Shown here piece after piece: positions 50,151-63,293 of a stretch of DNA of 64,000 bases. Position numbers and translations under genes: made by a program. The notes under the pieces are model-generated. The model was not told where the DNA came from, made no database searches, and was given only the letters and a program-made list of their open reading frames with translations. Source of the DNA: Zootoca vivipara. Taxonomy: Eukaryota. Each line of letters begins with the position of its first letter. Position 1 is the first letter of the stretch. The stretch covers positions 61,938,001-62,002,000 of the forward strand of contig NC_083280.1 of NCBI RefSeq assembly GCF_963506605.1. The letters run 5' to 3'.

Positions 50151-51072
50151 TCAGAGCACAGACAAGAAGCAATCCTTCTCTCTTCCAGACAAAGTCACAG
50201 CAGGGCCACTTGAAGCTGATAGAAGACACTCCATGTCCTGCGTTGGATGTCACTTCCTCCCCACGGCGGAAGGCGGTCCCTGTACTTCACCACTGAATTA
50301 TCACCTTGTCCAAAATGGCCCTGAAAAACTTCTATCTTATCATAATAAGGAAGCTCTTACCAATCAGGTTAGGATACAAAGACTAATTTGCAAAGTTCTC
50401 TTATTTTCACCCAGCAAGTTACTCCAGTATGGCACATTTACAACACTGCAATTTTGTAATATCTTCTCGGAAAACTACCCATCACACAAAATTAGGCTCT
50501 TGTCCTTTAATATTATTAATAAAATTCAATCACGGGCCCCCTTCATTCACTTTTTTGAAAGGTTAGATAGGTTTAAGCAGTGCAATTTTTTCTCCTGCCG
50601 AAATATATTATGAAATGCCATTACTGTTGTAAAACCTAATTGATAATGTGATTTGTTATGTTGCTGAGACATAATTCAGAAAGTTATTTTAAAGGCTTTG
50701 ATACATGAACAGCACTAACTGTTTAATATTTCTTGTGTGAATAGACACAATGCATCAGGTTTGAAAAAATGTGTTGCTGTGTGAATGAAATATTTCTGGA
50801 AGCTTTTATTCTTGTTGTTTGGGTTTTTGCCAATGGCTTTCTAGTGGAAAGCTCGTATTTTTTAAACTGTTTCTGTTAGAATGTATCCATCAGTCTTAGT
50901 GGATTTGTGTGTGTGTGTAGATGTGTTAACAGAAAGGAATAAATAAAGGTTTAATAGGTAATTAAAATATAGTAGCACATTTTAAAGAGCTTCATTTCTT
51001 TAAAATAAAGCTAAATTTTATGAGCAATATACTTACTTGTGGTACATATTTCTGACTTCTGCACCGTATGAC

Positions 51073-51162
51073 CATAGCTGCCAAGTTCTCCCTTTTTTTA
51101 AGGGAAATTCCCTTATGCTGAATAGGCTTCCTCACGAGAAAAGGGAAAACTTGGCAGCTATG
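51073..51162. mobile_element. 90-bp hAT MITE
   Basis: TIR CATAGCTGCCAAGTT; perfect TSD CGTATGAC. Confidence 0.93.
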
Positions 51163-51593
51163 CGTATGACCCTGCAAAATGGTTGGCTTTAAATTTACGT
51201 TCAGGGTATTTTTCAGAATAAGTGTTAACAATAGTTGTATCTATTATTTGGAGCACCTTAGCAAAATATTTCATTTTTTGTAGGTTTACAATATTCATGG
51301 GACTCTTAAGTAGAAGCATTGTTTGAGAAGTTATTTCTGAAAGCCTTATGTAGTGGCTATGATTTTGAAAACATTTACAGCTCAATCTCTTACTTGTCTG
51401 TTCAGAAGTAAGTCTAGACATAATTCAATTGGGCTTACTTCCTCCCAGATAAGTAGTTATAGAACTGCATCTTTACACAGTTATGATTCGAGTGATTTCA
51501 TGTGCATTTACTGCAAGTCAATAGACATAGTGTCAGGTCTATTTATGTTAGTGGACTAATCAAAAGGAATGTTGAGCATTCCTATGTTGAGCA

Positions 51594-52173
51594 TAGGCCT
51601 GGGCGATATATTAATATATCGCCCAGGTCCGGTATTGGGGGGAAAGGACCGTGATGACAGCTTCACTCAACGGTATATCGCTGGTGAAACCATCACCACT
51701 CTTGAGTCCCTCTGCCTTCATCGCCCAGAGCGCTGAGGGCACAAACTAACTGGGAGCTGGAGGCAGAGGAACTCAAGTGGTGGTGGTTTCAGCAGCAATA
51801 ATACCGCTGGTGAAACTGCCACCACACTCTCTCTCATTGCTCTCCCGTCCCCAGTGGAGCCTGACCAAGGAGCCCCAAGTCCCCTGCTGGTCGTGCACAA
51901 GTGGCAGGGGACTCGGGGCTCCCTCAGCTGGGGGCAGGAGCCTTTCCACCCGCCAGGTGAGCAGCTGGCTGGGGTAAGCTGTATTGGCTTCAGCCTGCGA
52001 GGCGCTGGGGTGAAAGCACCTCAGCTCCCATGATGAGAGTTGCAGCAGTTTTCCCCGGCACCTTGCCAGCTGGGGCCAATGCAGCTTTTTTCAACACTGC
52101 AGTTTATTGCCAAACGACAATTTTTGGCTGGCAATACACAGCAATGTTGAAAACCCAACATTGCCCAGTCCTA
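51594..52173. mobile_element. hAT (Ac-type termini) non-autonomous element
   Basis: TAGGCCTGGGCGAT ... ATTGCCCAGTCCTA; TSD GTTGAGCA / GTGGAGCA (7/8 match). Confidence 0.75.
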
Positions 52174-52557
52174 GTGGAGCACCACTTGGGTGCTCCTTTT
52201 ACAGAGACTTCACTGAAGACTTGAACTTCAGCACAGCAGGTTCCATAGTGATGGCCACCAGTTTGGATGGCTTTAAGAGATTCATGGAAGATGAGACCAA
52301 GGCTACTAGCTATGGTGACAATCTCCTACCTCCACTGCCAGAGGCAGTATGCCTTTGAATTCCAGTTGCTGGGTATCAGAAGTGGAAAGACTGCTATTGC
52401 ACACAGGTCCAGCCTGCAGGCTTCCCATAGGCATATGGTGGACCATCATGAGAACAGGATGCTGGAACAGGTGAACCTTTGTCCTGATCCAGCACGATTC
52501 TTATGTTTTTAGGATGCTTTAGGGGAGATTCCTGAATTGCAGGAGGTTGGACTAGAT

Positions 52558-52683
52558 CAGTGTTTCCCAACCTTGTGCCTCCAGCTGTTTTCAGACTACA
52601 ATTCCCATTGTTCCTGACCACTGGTCTTGATGATGGGAGTTGTAGTCCCAAAACATCTGGAGGCACAAGGTTGGGAAACACTG
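52558..52683. mobile_element. Palindromic hAT MITE inserted in a CR1-like 3' end (~52240-52727)
   Basis: CAGTGTTTCCCAACCTTGTGCCTCCAG / CTGGAGGCACAAGGTTGGGAAACACTG; TSD GACTAGAT; flanks read GGTTGGACTAGAT..ACCC..GG..CTCTAC.ATTCTATG. Confidence 0.88.
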
Positions 52684-53067
52684 GACTAGATAACCCTTGG
52701 GGTCTCACTTAACTCTACAATTCTATGTCATTTTGGGCTAAGACACAATCAATCTGTGTAGGGTAGGGTGTTTACTGAGAAGCCATAAAAAGGCTAGTAG
52801 ATATATCACCGACAAGCAGCATTTCTCCATTTGCTCATCCCTGGGTAGTCTAATGAACTTAAATCAAATAATAAATAACATAGAGAGCTAAAAATGTGTA
52901 AGTCAGTGTTATACAATGGTTTTTTTTTTTGCAATGGTGGTGGCAGTACTTCTTGGCCCCATTCAATACTGGGCATTACTATCTGCAACTTTCTCAATTA
53001 TGGATGTGCTAGTCCTTCTAGGATGGGATCCCAAAACTGATCTTTTGGCCCCATCTATGACAGAGAC

Positions 53068-53422
53068 GGGACGCGGGTGGCACTGTGGGTTAAACCACAG
53101 AGCCTAGGGCTTGCCGATCAGAAGATCGGCGGTTCGAATCCCCGCGACTGGGTGTGTTCTCGTTGCTCGGTCCCAGCTCCTGCCAACCTAGCAGTTCGAA
53201 AGCACGTCAAAGTGCAAGTAGATAAATAGGTACCACCACAGCAGGAAGGTAAACGGTGTTTCTGTGCGCTGCTCTGGTTTGCCAGAAGCGGCTTTGTCAT
53301 GCTGGCCACATGACCTGGAAGCTGTACGCCGGCTCCCTCGGCCAATAACGCGAGATGAGCACCGCAACCCCAGAGTCAGTCACGACTGAACCTAATGGTC
53401 AGGGGTCCCTTTACCTTTACCT
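53068..53422 (+). mobile_element. Sauria/Squam1-type SINE, full length
   Basis: GGGACGCGGGTGGCACTG head, B box GGTTCGAATCC, (ACCTTT)n tail; 12-bp TSD TATGACAGAGAC. Confidence 0.95.
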
Positions 53423-56164
53423 TATGACAGAGACAAGGCAAAGGAGGGCATGTGCTTTCTATGGATTTGGTAACTACATAAAAAATTATATCACAACAGG
53501 ACGCATAGCGAAGTATTATTCATATTCTTTCTTTCTTTTAAATTCTCAATGTGCATTTCTAGACATTACAAATCTGGGTCTTAGATGTTGCAGTAGTGGG
53601 GTACCTTTTAGCTGGCCTTTTTATCTATTCAAGATTTTCTAGATTGTGTGATACTATGTGTGCTTTCTACACTACCTTCACGAAATATAAATTCCAGGCA
53701 TTTCTGCGTGTTCCCCTATTGTATTACTGACAAACATTTCCAGTATCTTGTGCTCAAGAAGTCAAGATTCTCAGTCTGTAGTTTCCTGGATCTGGACATT
53801 ACTCTTTATCAGTGCTTTATGATAAAGTAGGGCTGTCAGGCCATGAAGAAATTTTTGGACTTACTCATCCATCTTTTTGACAGAGGATGCTGACGTAGTT
53901 GCCAAGGCCAAAGCATCTATTATACATGGGAACATTTTGGGGGAAAACACTTTGGAAGATTAAATATTTTGCACCAGCTGCATAAAGAAAACGAACATTT
54001 GCAACCTTTCAAATTAGCTCATTATACCTTGATGTTAGGCCGACGGACAATCACCCTTAATCTTTGCTTGCCTGATGCCTGTTTTCTTCATCACTGTAGC
54101 GTTTATTTTTTCCTTTTAAAAAAATACAAAAACCACTATAAGCAGCCAAGACACAAACCTCTCAGATGATGAGTACTGTCTGTAACCTGTTGCTGAAAAC
54201 CTATATTCTTTTCCACCTTCTCATTCTGTGATGTTGCTTGGCAGCATGGGCATTTTTATTGGGCTCACCTACATTTTCAAGGAAGCTTATTGTTCATAGT
54301 TCTGGAAGTTGCTATTGTCTCTCTGTGCATGAAGAAGTAACATCTGCCTTCATTAGGAACACAAGGAGCTGCTATAGTCAAACTATTGGTCCCTCTAGGT
54401 TAGTATTGTCTACACTGAGTGGCACCAACTCTCCAGGGTTTTAGTGGTATTTTCCAGGCATTCCTGGAGATGCTGGGGACTCACTATGGGACCTTCTGCA
54501 TGCAAACCATAAGCTGTACCTCTAAATTATGGTCCTTTCCAGGTTTTTATTTTGGGGGCAGAAACATTTGAACAGGAAACATTGCCAGGAAACGTTGTTT
54601 CTTCCTTTTCAGATGATAGCCACAATGTTCCTTTACAAATGATTGAAGCTATTTCCAAAAAACATTACATTGCAAAATAATTCAATTAACTTGAAAACAG
54701 AAACAAGGGAAAATATCAAAATGAAATGATAACATAGTGATGAGCAAAAGCATGCATGCTTCCAAGATACATTATTTTATAGTGGAAGTTCATTGGACTT
54801 CCCTCTTCTGATAAGCTGGCTTGTGGGGGGGGGGGGTCCTGTGGAAAAGTGAAAGTGCACTTATTTATATCCATGGATGAACTTTCAAAAAGGAATGCTA
54901 CAGATGTCATGATTTCTTAATACTACGCCACAAATCCTTATCAGTTTCTAATTAACTTTAGCATAGCAGGAGAGCCAAGAATACTATTTTTCGGTGACAT
55001 GTTAATGCCTTTAAAATGAACACAAATAATTTATCGTGGGGAACAGGCATGCCTGGATTGCTAAGAAAGAAATATTCAGAACTTTTGGGAGATTAAGTGG
55101 TAAATGGATTTTTGCAATTTCTCTTGATGTTATGTTTTTCCTATTAAACCCCAGGAAACAGAACAGTAAAGAAAATGCAGAATTTCCATAGGAGACTGTC
55201 TCTAAGATATATGTTGATTTAAAGTTAATTTCAAAACTTTGGCTGATATCACTGCAGTTCACAACGTGTGGTTTTATATTCTTTAAAGCATTACAAGAAA
55301 AATAATGAACAAGATTGCCAGTAAAACAGCACATTGGCTTGGATCCAGAGAAGACCAATAGGAGTTCCAGTCATACAACAGGGTTTGTCTACCTTTTTGC
55401 TGCAGCTATTCCTGACAGGAGAGATGGGGGAGAAATTAGATGCAGTTCAAATTTAAAGGAGAACCTACTCAATTAAAACCCACACTTCTCCACATTTTGT
55501 AATGCATTTGGCCAGGTAATGTGCATCTGGCCAGGCAATGTGTACAAAAATGCACACACTAGGGTAAAATGTGAATTAAAATGCATATGTTCATGAAAAT
55601 AACATTTGAAATGCATTATATTAGGGGGAATTGCTGTGCAAAAAAGAGGTAATATTCCATACAAACATTAACAAAAATTTCAGAGTGATGGGGGAATGTA
55701 GAGAACAAAACTTAAGACTGGAATAATGAGAAAGTGAAACTGGCAGATTCATCTATCCTTACCTGGCAGTCAGGGACCCTTCAGAATGGTGCTTGATGCA
55801 TTGCGAGAGTGCTGCAGTTTCAGGGGAGAATCAATGGAAATTCAGCACCCCCTTCTTGTGTCAGCAAAAGTGACTTGCACTTATACAAGTGGCTTTCTAG
55901 ATCTCACAAATATCTTTAAGACCCTGACTGCGATGGAAACGCCATTGATTAGTTCACATTTCAAGTGGCAGCAGAACTTGGACCAAACACTTTAGATTCT
56001 GAGGCAGGTCTTTCCCAGTCCTGCAACCCGAGATCCTTTAACAGCAGATGCTCAGCTTCAAATCCGAGGCTATTTGTACATCCAAACACGCATTCTTCCA
56101 CTGAACTGCAGAAGCACCCAAGTAATACAGCAGAGCAATGCTATGGCTTATCGACTGTATGTTA

Positions 56165-56643
56165 CAGTGGTACCTTGGGTTACAGACACTTCAGGTTACA
56201 GACTCCGCTAACCCAGAAATAGTACCTCGGGTTAAGAACTTTGCTTCAGGATGAGAACAGAAATCATGCGGCGGCAGTGGCGTGGCGGCGGTGGGAGAAG
56301 AAGAAGAAGAGAAGAGTTTGGATTTGATATCCCACTTTATCACTACCCTAAGGAGTCTCAAAGTGGCTAACAATCTCCTTTCCCCTCCTCCCCCACAACA
56401 AACACTCTGTGAGGTGGGTGGGCCTGAGAGACTTCAGAGAAGTGTGACTAGCCCAAGGTCACCCAGCAGCTGCATGTGGAGGAGCGGAGACGCGAACCCG
56501 GTTCCCCAGATTATGAGTCTACCGCTCTTAACCACTATACCACACTGGCTCCATTAGCTAAAGTGGTACCTCAGGTTAAGAACAGTTTCAGGTTAAGAAC
56601 GGAGCTCCAGAACAAATTAAGTTTTTAACTCGGGGTACCACTG
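56165..56643. mobile_element. Tigger/pogo-like MITE with a nested tRNA SINE (~56296-56550, minus strand, (TTC)n tail)
   Basis: TA|CAGTGGTACC ... GGTACCACTG|TA; internal GGTTAAGAAC repeats. Confidence 0.88.
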
Positions 56644-57388
56644 TATTTGTAAGTTACAAAGTATACATCATTTTTGAAAAAGTATATGTATCCATCTATG
56701 CAAAGCAATGCTTCCAACAGCGACATGTCTTTGAAAGTACAATGACTGACATTTCCCCCAGAACTGGCCTTGTATTATTTTGGTTGAGAAACAAAGCCTT
56801 AAACTTGAATGCAGTGATTACTCAGATAAATGACCCACCACACATATGTCTAAACCCAACAAGCACACTTTATTTGTAACCTCACATACATGATATTTAC
56901 ACAGTTGGTCTGCTACTGTTGATATAGATGGTTGTACGAATGGTTACTGAAGCAGCATGCTTCTGTTTTATAGAAGCATACAAAACTGGAACAAACGGGT
57001 GCTTTCCCTCCTAGGTTAGCATACTAAACTTGTTTTGAAATATAGTGTTGCGACCGCTAGGTGTCAGTATAGTGCTATTTGTACAGCTAATAGTACTATG
57101 GCGGCATGTAGTAGTGTCACACACACAATTTAGCTTGTGAGTACACATAAAGGGGAAAACAGGCCTCAAAAATCTGCAGTGAAAAGTCCTGAGCAATTGG
57201 AAACGTTCAATAGCAAAAAAACATTTGATACATATTTAAATTGAAAAGAGCCACTAAGCACAGCTCAAACTTTTATAAACTCTTTTTTTATCAAACTACA
57301 GTAAAAATAGTTTTACTTCACAATCTATCCATATATAGATCCCCATATTTCCATACTTTCCATATTCCATAAAGAAATTGGTTGTGAA

Positions 57389-57519
57389 TCACACAAACAT
57401 CATGTTGGGCAACCCATACAGAACGGTATTACAAGCTGATGGCTGTGGGGCAGGATGCACTAGCCCACCGGGACTTTCTCTCTGGTCTTCTTTCTTGTCC
57501 CCAGCGGCATCCAACTCCG
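57389..57519 (-). CDS. CFAP46: CFAP46 terminal coding exon
   Basis: TELDAAGDKKEDQRESPGGLVHPAPQPSACNTVLYGLPNMMFV*; acceptor tgtttctag|; candidate AATAAA at 56869-56874 (minus strand). Confidence 0.82.
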
Positions 57520-58707
57520 CTAGAAACACAGTTCAGAACAAATAATTAAAATTTTCTTTTAGCTATAGAGATATTTTAAAGAAACAGAGCACGATCCTGT
57601 TCAAGTTAAGCAGTTTTAAGCAAATGCTTTTAATGGAAGAGTTTTAAACATGCACCCAACTTTCCTATTGACATCAAATGGATTTAAAGGGGCTTAACAT
57701 TGGCTGAATGGTGCCCAGAGTTTTAAGGTCTACTTGCTTAAATACCTGTCTCTTTAGGCCTGTTCAGGTGCTACATATAGTGGAGAAGGAGAACTCTTAA
57801 CATAGTTTTAGTCCTGGACTATATATACATTACCATATATGGATATACACTTGCCTATCCATATATTCATTTTTCATATAACAGTGTTCAGAAATCCCTG
57901 AAATCCCCAAGAATGTAATCGGATCTAAAATTAGCCCATAAAATAACCCAGTGACCAGAAACTTTGCTAAAAATTAAAGAACTGTCTGAATTAAATGCCA
58001 CAAAGCTAGATACTATCAAAGGGTAGCTAATCCTAATGTTAACTGTTGGGAAACCATCTCTTCTACCTGACAGAGGAAAATATTATTGGCTACATACATA
58101 CTATAACTTTAAAGGCACTGTAGTTTACCCCTTACAGAGAAACTGTTACCAGCAACTCTTAACAAACTACAGTACTCAGAATTCTTTGGGAGGGGGGGGG
58201 GGGAGGAAATGTGCTTCCAACAACCTTTGACAGCAAAAGGCTTCCCCGTCTTGAACTTACAGAAACCTCTGGTTGCCGGTGACAAGTAAAAATTTCTGTT
58301 ACAAATATCTAGTCATTTCCCCCAGGGCAGCAAATAAAGGTTTGGGCAGCAAATTTTAATTAGGAAAACAGAGAGCAGAGATGGCGTTAATCCCCCTTCC
58401 CTGGTGCCCAAGGACTGATTTGGGATCCCTATGTCTGTTATTAATTTCTTTTCAACTGTGACAGAATCTAATTCTGGATCTCCTGTATCACATTTAGCTT
58501 GGACCTTTGAGTCCTTTTTTGTAGTAAGTAAATCAGAAAAATGTTGGCATTACAGCTGCGTATAGAAATATAATTTGGTTATTTTGATGGCTCAGCACAA
58601 ACCCAGTATTCAGAGGAGCAACTTTTCTTAGCACTGGAGCTATGTACAGATATGCTCCTTTGGGGAAAAACAATACCTTCCTTATGGGAGACATTTCACT
58701 CTCTCTT

Positions 58708-58738
<31 letters not shown>

Positions 58739-58795
58739 TTTAAATATATGCATCTTTCAGTATGTGTTTTTTTAAACCCTGCTTGGTGTCTTCAA

Positions 58796-59158
58796 GGGAT
58801 GCAGGTGGCACTGTGGTCTAAACCACAGAGCCTAGGGCTTGCCAATCAGAAGGTCGGCGGTTTGAATCCCTGTGACGGGGTGAGCTCCCGTTGTTCGGTC
58901 CCTGCTCCTGCCCACCTAGCAGTTCAAAAGCACGTCAAAGTGCAAGTAGATAAATAGGTACCGCTCCGGTGGAAAGGTACACGGCGTTTCCGTGTGCTGC
59001 TATGGTTCGCCAGAAGCGGCTTAGTCATGCTGGCCACATGACCTGGAAGCTGTCTGCAGACAAACGCCGGCTCCCTCGGCCTATAGAGCGAGATGAGCGC
59101 CGCAACCCCAGAGTTGTCCGCGACTGGACCTAACGGTCAGGGGTATCTTTACCTTTAC
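58796..59158 (+). mobile_element. Sauria/Squam1-type SINE in CFAP46 last intron
   Basis: Full head, core and tail; 14-bp TSD CTTGGTGTCTTCAA. Confidence 0.95.
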
Positions 59159-59366
59159 CTTGGTGTCTTCAATATGGGGTTAGCAAATTGCTTAGATGAG
59201 AGTGATACCATTTCTACTAGCAAGCTCAGCAGTTTTGGTGCTTGTAATATACAATATAATGGCATTTTAACCAACTAAGAAAATGGTGAGAAGAAAATGG
59301 TATAAGATTTTGATCTGTTCACACTTCAATCTGTGTACTTTTATTTTAAAAATGTTTAAATCTTAC

Positions 59367-59450
59367 TTTTAGGAGGTTCATCCACAGCACTCTTACTCCT
59401 TTGAAGAAAACGAACAGCCTGTCCAGTTGTCTTGCCTACTCTGATAAAAT
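59367..59450 (-). CDS. CFAP46: CFAP46 coding exon n-1
   Basis: NFIRVGKTTGQAVRFLQRSKSAVDEPPK; acceptor ttctttgcag|, donor A|GTAAGA; in phase. Confidence 0.82.
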
Positions 59451-59468
59451 CTGCAAAGAAACACAGTA

Positions 59469-59749
59469 CAGTGGTACCTCGACTTACGAACAACTCAACA
59501 ACCAAATTTTTCGACTTACGAATGGGGCAAATGGCCGCGCGCTTACCGAAAGGAAACCGCGGCGGTTTTAGATAGGGATTTTTCGACTTATGAATTTTTA
59601 GATAGGACTGCTTCGACTTATGAATTTTTCCGTTTCCAATGCATTCCTATGGGAAATCGCGTTTCCAATGGTGCTTTTCGACTTGCGAATTTTTCAACCT
59701 ACGAAGGCGCCTTCGGAATGGATTAAATTCGTAAGTTGAGGCACCACTG
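59469..59749. mobile_element. Tigger/pogo-like MITE
   Basis: TA|CAGTGGTACCTCGACTTACGAA ... TTCGTAAGTTGAGGCACCACTG|TA; internal TTCGACTT(A/G)(C/T)GAA repeats. Confidence 0.9.
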
Positions 59750-60613
59750 TAGTTTTATAATTGAACACACTCAAAATAAAACATGGAAGCAGAACCTGCA
59801 GTTTTCTTCTACATTTGCAAATGTATTAACCAGAGTTAGGTGCATGTAAGTCCACTGAAGTCAATGGCTTTTTGAAATCCTGTGGACCAAGCTATACTTC
59901 AGATTATTTACACATTTAAGAAGTGAGGTTAAACTGGTCACATGCGTATTCAAGAAAAAGCAATACTGAATCCCTAATTGGAATGTGTTCCTTATCAGAT
60001 CAAGGTCCTGCACTGCCTTCTTGCTAAAAGTTGTTCTCCAGCTACTATTTGCTGTAAACAGTAAGTACTATTTGGGACAAATAGCAGCTGGGGGAGTTTT
60101 GATAGGAAATCAGCCCAAGGCACAAATCTGGATTGGGAGCATGTTCCCACTGCTCTAGACCCCCAAATGTCCCTATTTCCCAGGGACAGTCCTGGATTTA
60201 CAGGAGCAGTCCTGGTTTATGATCCAATCCCAGAATGTCCCACTTTTCCTTAGGACGTCCCTCTTTTCATTGGAGAAATGTTGGAGGGCATGGTAGGATA
60301 TCCCTATTGTCATCAGTTAAGTGACCTGAACTAAGGAGATAAGTAAAACCTTTAGTATAAATCTGAAGGCAGCCCTGTATAGGGAAGTTTTAAAATGTTT
60401 TATTATGTTTTTATATATATTGGAAGCTGCCTAGAGTGGCTGGGGTAACCCAGTAGGGCAGGGTATAAATAATAAAATGATGATGATGAAATATCCCTAT
60501 TTTCATCGGAGTATAGAAGCTTCATTTGTTCACATCTAAGCATGGTCACTAACGTCACCATTGAGAAGAAAAGCATTAGGCTCAGCTGTTTTATGAAGTT
60601 TGCTATTACACAC

Positions 60614-60750
60614 TTTCACATAAGCTTTCCATTTTTGTTGCATTCTCTTCCAGGGACGTATACCATTGGTTAGCTATGACAGAGCGCACTCCAACAAGGC
60701 TCAGAGAGATTGTTGTCTCTGTTGGCTTTTCCAGAGAGAGGCGTGCAGAG
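60614..60750 (-). CDS. CFAP46: CFAP46 coding exon n-2
   Basis: SARLSLEKPTETTISLSLVGVRSVIANQWYTSLEENATKMESLCE; acceptor ttttttag|, donor A|GTGTGT. Confidence 0.85.
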
Positions 60751-61227
60751 CTAAAAAAATAAAATAAAAATATGCAATGAATGGCATTCTTGAATGACCT
60801 GAACAAAAGAGACAAAACCCGTTCATTCAAATTTCATCAGTTCACAAGAATATAATGTGAACGGCATTTTTCTTATTTTTTTCTCACCAGCATGTCTGGC
60901 ATTAAATATTTTATTTATTTTCTACAGTATCTTTATAGAGTTCTCTGGGTGTCTTACAATAAATAAGTTTAAAAACAATTTAAATACAAATCACCACCAC
61001 CACCACCACCATTTTATTTGTATGCTGCCTTTCCATAGTTAAATCAATGCTCAAGGCGGCTTACAACGTGGCAAGAATTGCATAATTACCAACATAACAA
61101 AAGTCATAAACAATAAATAAAACACATCAAAAGGTACACAACCAAATGGAAAACAATTTCCACATAAATAATAAAATCTAAAACTAAAAATGCAGCATTA
61201 ATATCACAATTTAAAATGACATAGATA

Positions 61228-61358
61228 NNNNNNNNNNNNNNNNNNNNNNNNNNNNNNNNNNNNNNNNNNNNNNNNNNNNNNNNNNNNNNNNNNNNNNNNN
61301 NNNNNNNNNNNNNNNNNNNNNNNNNNNNNNNNNNNNNNNNNNNNNNNNNNNNNNNNNN
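61228..61358. other. Assembly gap (131 N)
   Basis: Run of N in a CFAP46 intron. Confidence 1.
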
Positions 61359-61802
61359 TCAGGCCCCACCCCAAGCCAGGTGGAGAGAAGCAGGGCATAG
61401 AACATATAGGGACTGTGGTCCTGAGATTGGGTTTAGCTGGCGTTTAGGGGGCGGACAGAAGCAAAGCCTGCTCCACTCTGGTCTGCTCCCTTATCACACC
61501 CACGCAGACTGGCCGGTTTGAACTGTGTGGCGGGAAAGACCCACCACACCGGGGAGGCTGGCTGGCTAGCATGGCATTGCTCTCTGAGGCCCAGAGTCTG
61601 CCATGATGGGCTGCAATCATCGCCCACCCTGGGACTGTGTGAGCGGCCATTCTTGACAGCAAAGAATGAGGAATTTAGGATGCAATCCTATGCACTCTTT
61701 CCTGGGAGTAAGTTCCATTGAACTCAGTGGTGCTTACTTTGGAGTAGAGGATGTATAGGACTGCCTTGCACACAATGACTTTAAAACTTATGCCGATCTT
61801 AC

Positions 61803-61884
61803 CTTTTAAACCCATCGAGGTTTATCACTCGTGCAGTACTTGGTTTTGAATGCACGAGGTCTGAAAGTATCACCAACTGACACT
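61803..61884 (-). CDS. CFAP46: CFAP46 coding exon n-3
   Basis: ECQLVILSDLVHSKPSTARVINLDGFKS; acceptor ttcccacag|, donor AG|GTAAGA; phase-compatible with neighbours. Confidence 0.88.
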
Positions 61885-62937
61885 CTGTGGGAAGGGAAAC
61901 AATAATATGAATGTTAGCGTTTTGAATCCAAAGATACATGAGCAGAAAATTGCTTGTCTAACAAGGCTTTAATATCCCACATTCCTCACTGCAAACCCCT
62001 GTGAAATTATCTAAAATGGTATGGTGTGGGCAGTGGAATTTAGGCGGAAATTGGGGGAGGCAGTGATGGACATTGGGAACCCCAAGTTTCAAGAAGTATT
62101 TTAAAAACCTTGATAAAAGACCTTAAGGGAACAACTCCCTAACAGTCAATAAGGACTGAGCGTGCTCAGTGGTTGCGGAATGCTGATCAACCAGGGGTAG
62201 ATAACAGAAAAGCTGGTGTGGTGGCTGTGGAACAAAATGTAGCATGTTGAAGAAGCATGGCTGATGGACTGGAACAGTGAATGGGAACACTGCAAAGGGC
62301 CACATTTTGTTTCAGGTCACAGCCATTAACTGCTATGTTTGCCTTGCTAGTACTGCCATCAAGATGTAATAAAACTGTGCAGTGTTGAACAGTCAGTTGT
62401 TAAGGCACATCATCCCAAGACCACTCCATGGAACAGAAATTCGCTCCATTATTCAGAAAGTGCGCCTCAAGGGATGACCCCCCTCAATACAGGGTTGTAA
62501 GTACCCCATCTAATGTAAATCTCATGCTGTGGGAGATACTAGTGGCTCCTTTCTGACACCTTAAAATTCCCAGGCCACATGAGAGAGGCCCAATCTGTGC
62601 CTCCCTCCTCCCTACATCAGTGGTGCTCCTATTCCAGAAAGACAAAAGCTGACAAGGGGATGACGTGCAATTTGGGTGCCTTCCACCTTGCCCAAGCTTC
62701 TGATTTTACCTATACAGTACTATGTAAGAAGAAACCATGCTTACAGCAGCTTTTGTGTTAATAATGTAATTTACACAGGGACCACAAATTAAATCACCTT
62801 CAAATGACAACTTTTGCAGAAAGCTGATCTAACACTTGTAATAACATAACCAAATATTTCAATCTGAGTACTGTAAATAGAATTTTGTTATGATCTGCAA
62901 GGAAAGCAAACAGCCTTTTTCAGCTTCATAAAATCAC

Positions 62938-63050
62938 CTGGGAGATTCATAGCAACTAATCTTTCAAGTAACGTATATAAGAGAAATCTTGCCAGTCCAG
63001 AGAAGATAAACGCACTGCAGTTATTCAGTAAGTGTTCCCAGTCTGCTTGA
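62938..63050 (-). CDS. CFAP46: CFAP46 coding exon n-4
   Basis: QADWEHLLNNCSAFIFSGLARFLLYTLLERLVAMNLP, matching recalled CFAP46 QAQWEQAL..CSGFFFYG....ERLVAMNL; ttttag| and G|GTGAT junctions in phase. Confidence 0.9.
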
Positions 63051-63250
63051 CTAAAAGGGGAAGGTAAAAAAAAGAACAGTCAAATCTTTAATCTGCACTG
63101 TGTGCTATTAAATTGTATTAGCATGATGTTCTGCTACTTTAAGTAGCTCAGTTCAGCTCTAGAAAATATTACATTTAAAGAAATATGATCAGTTTTCATC
63201 AACTATGTGCCCTAGTGCCAGGAATACAGTCATACCTTGGAAGTCAAACG

Positions 63251-63251
<1 letters not shown>

Positions 63252-63293
<42 letters not shown>

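Noticed and set aside
53068-53150. tRNA-like A/B boxes (GGTTCGAATCC)
   Set aside because: Heads of tRNA-derived SINEs, not tRNA genes; they continue into SINE core and tail with TSDs.
61204-61405. ORFs containing X runs
   Set aside because: Artefacts of the N gap.
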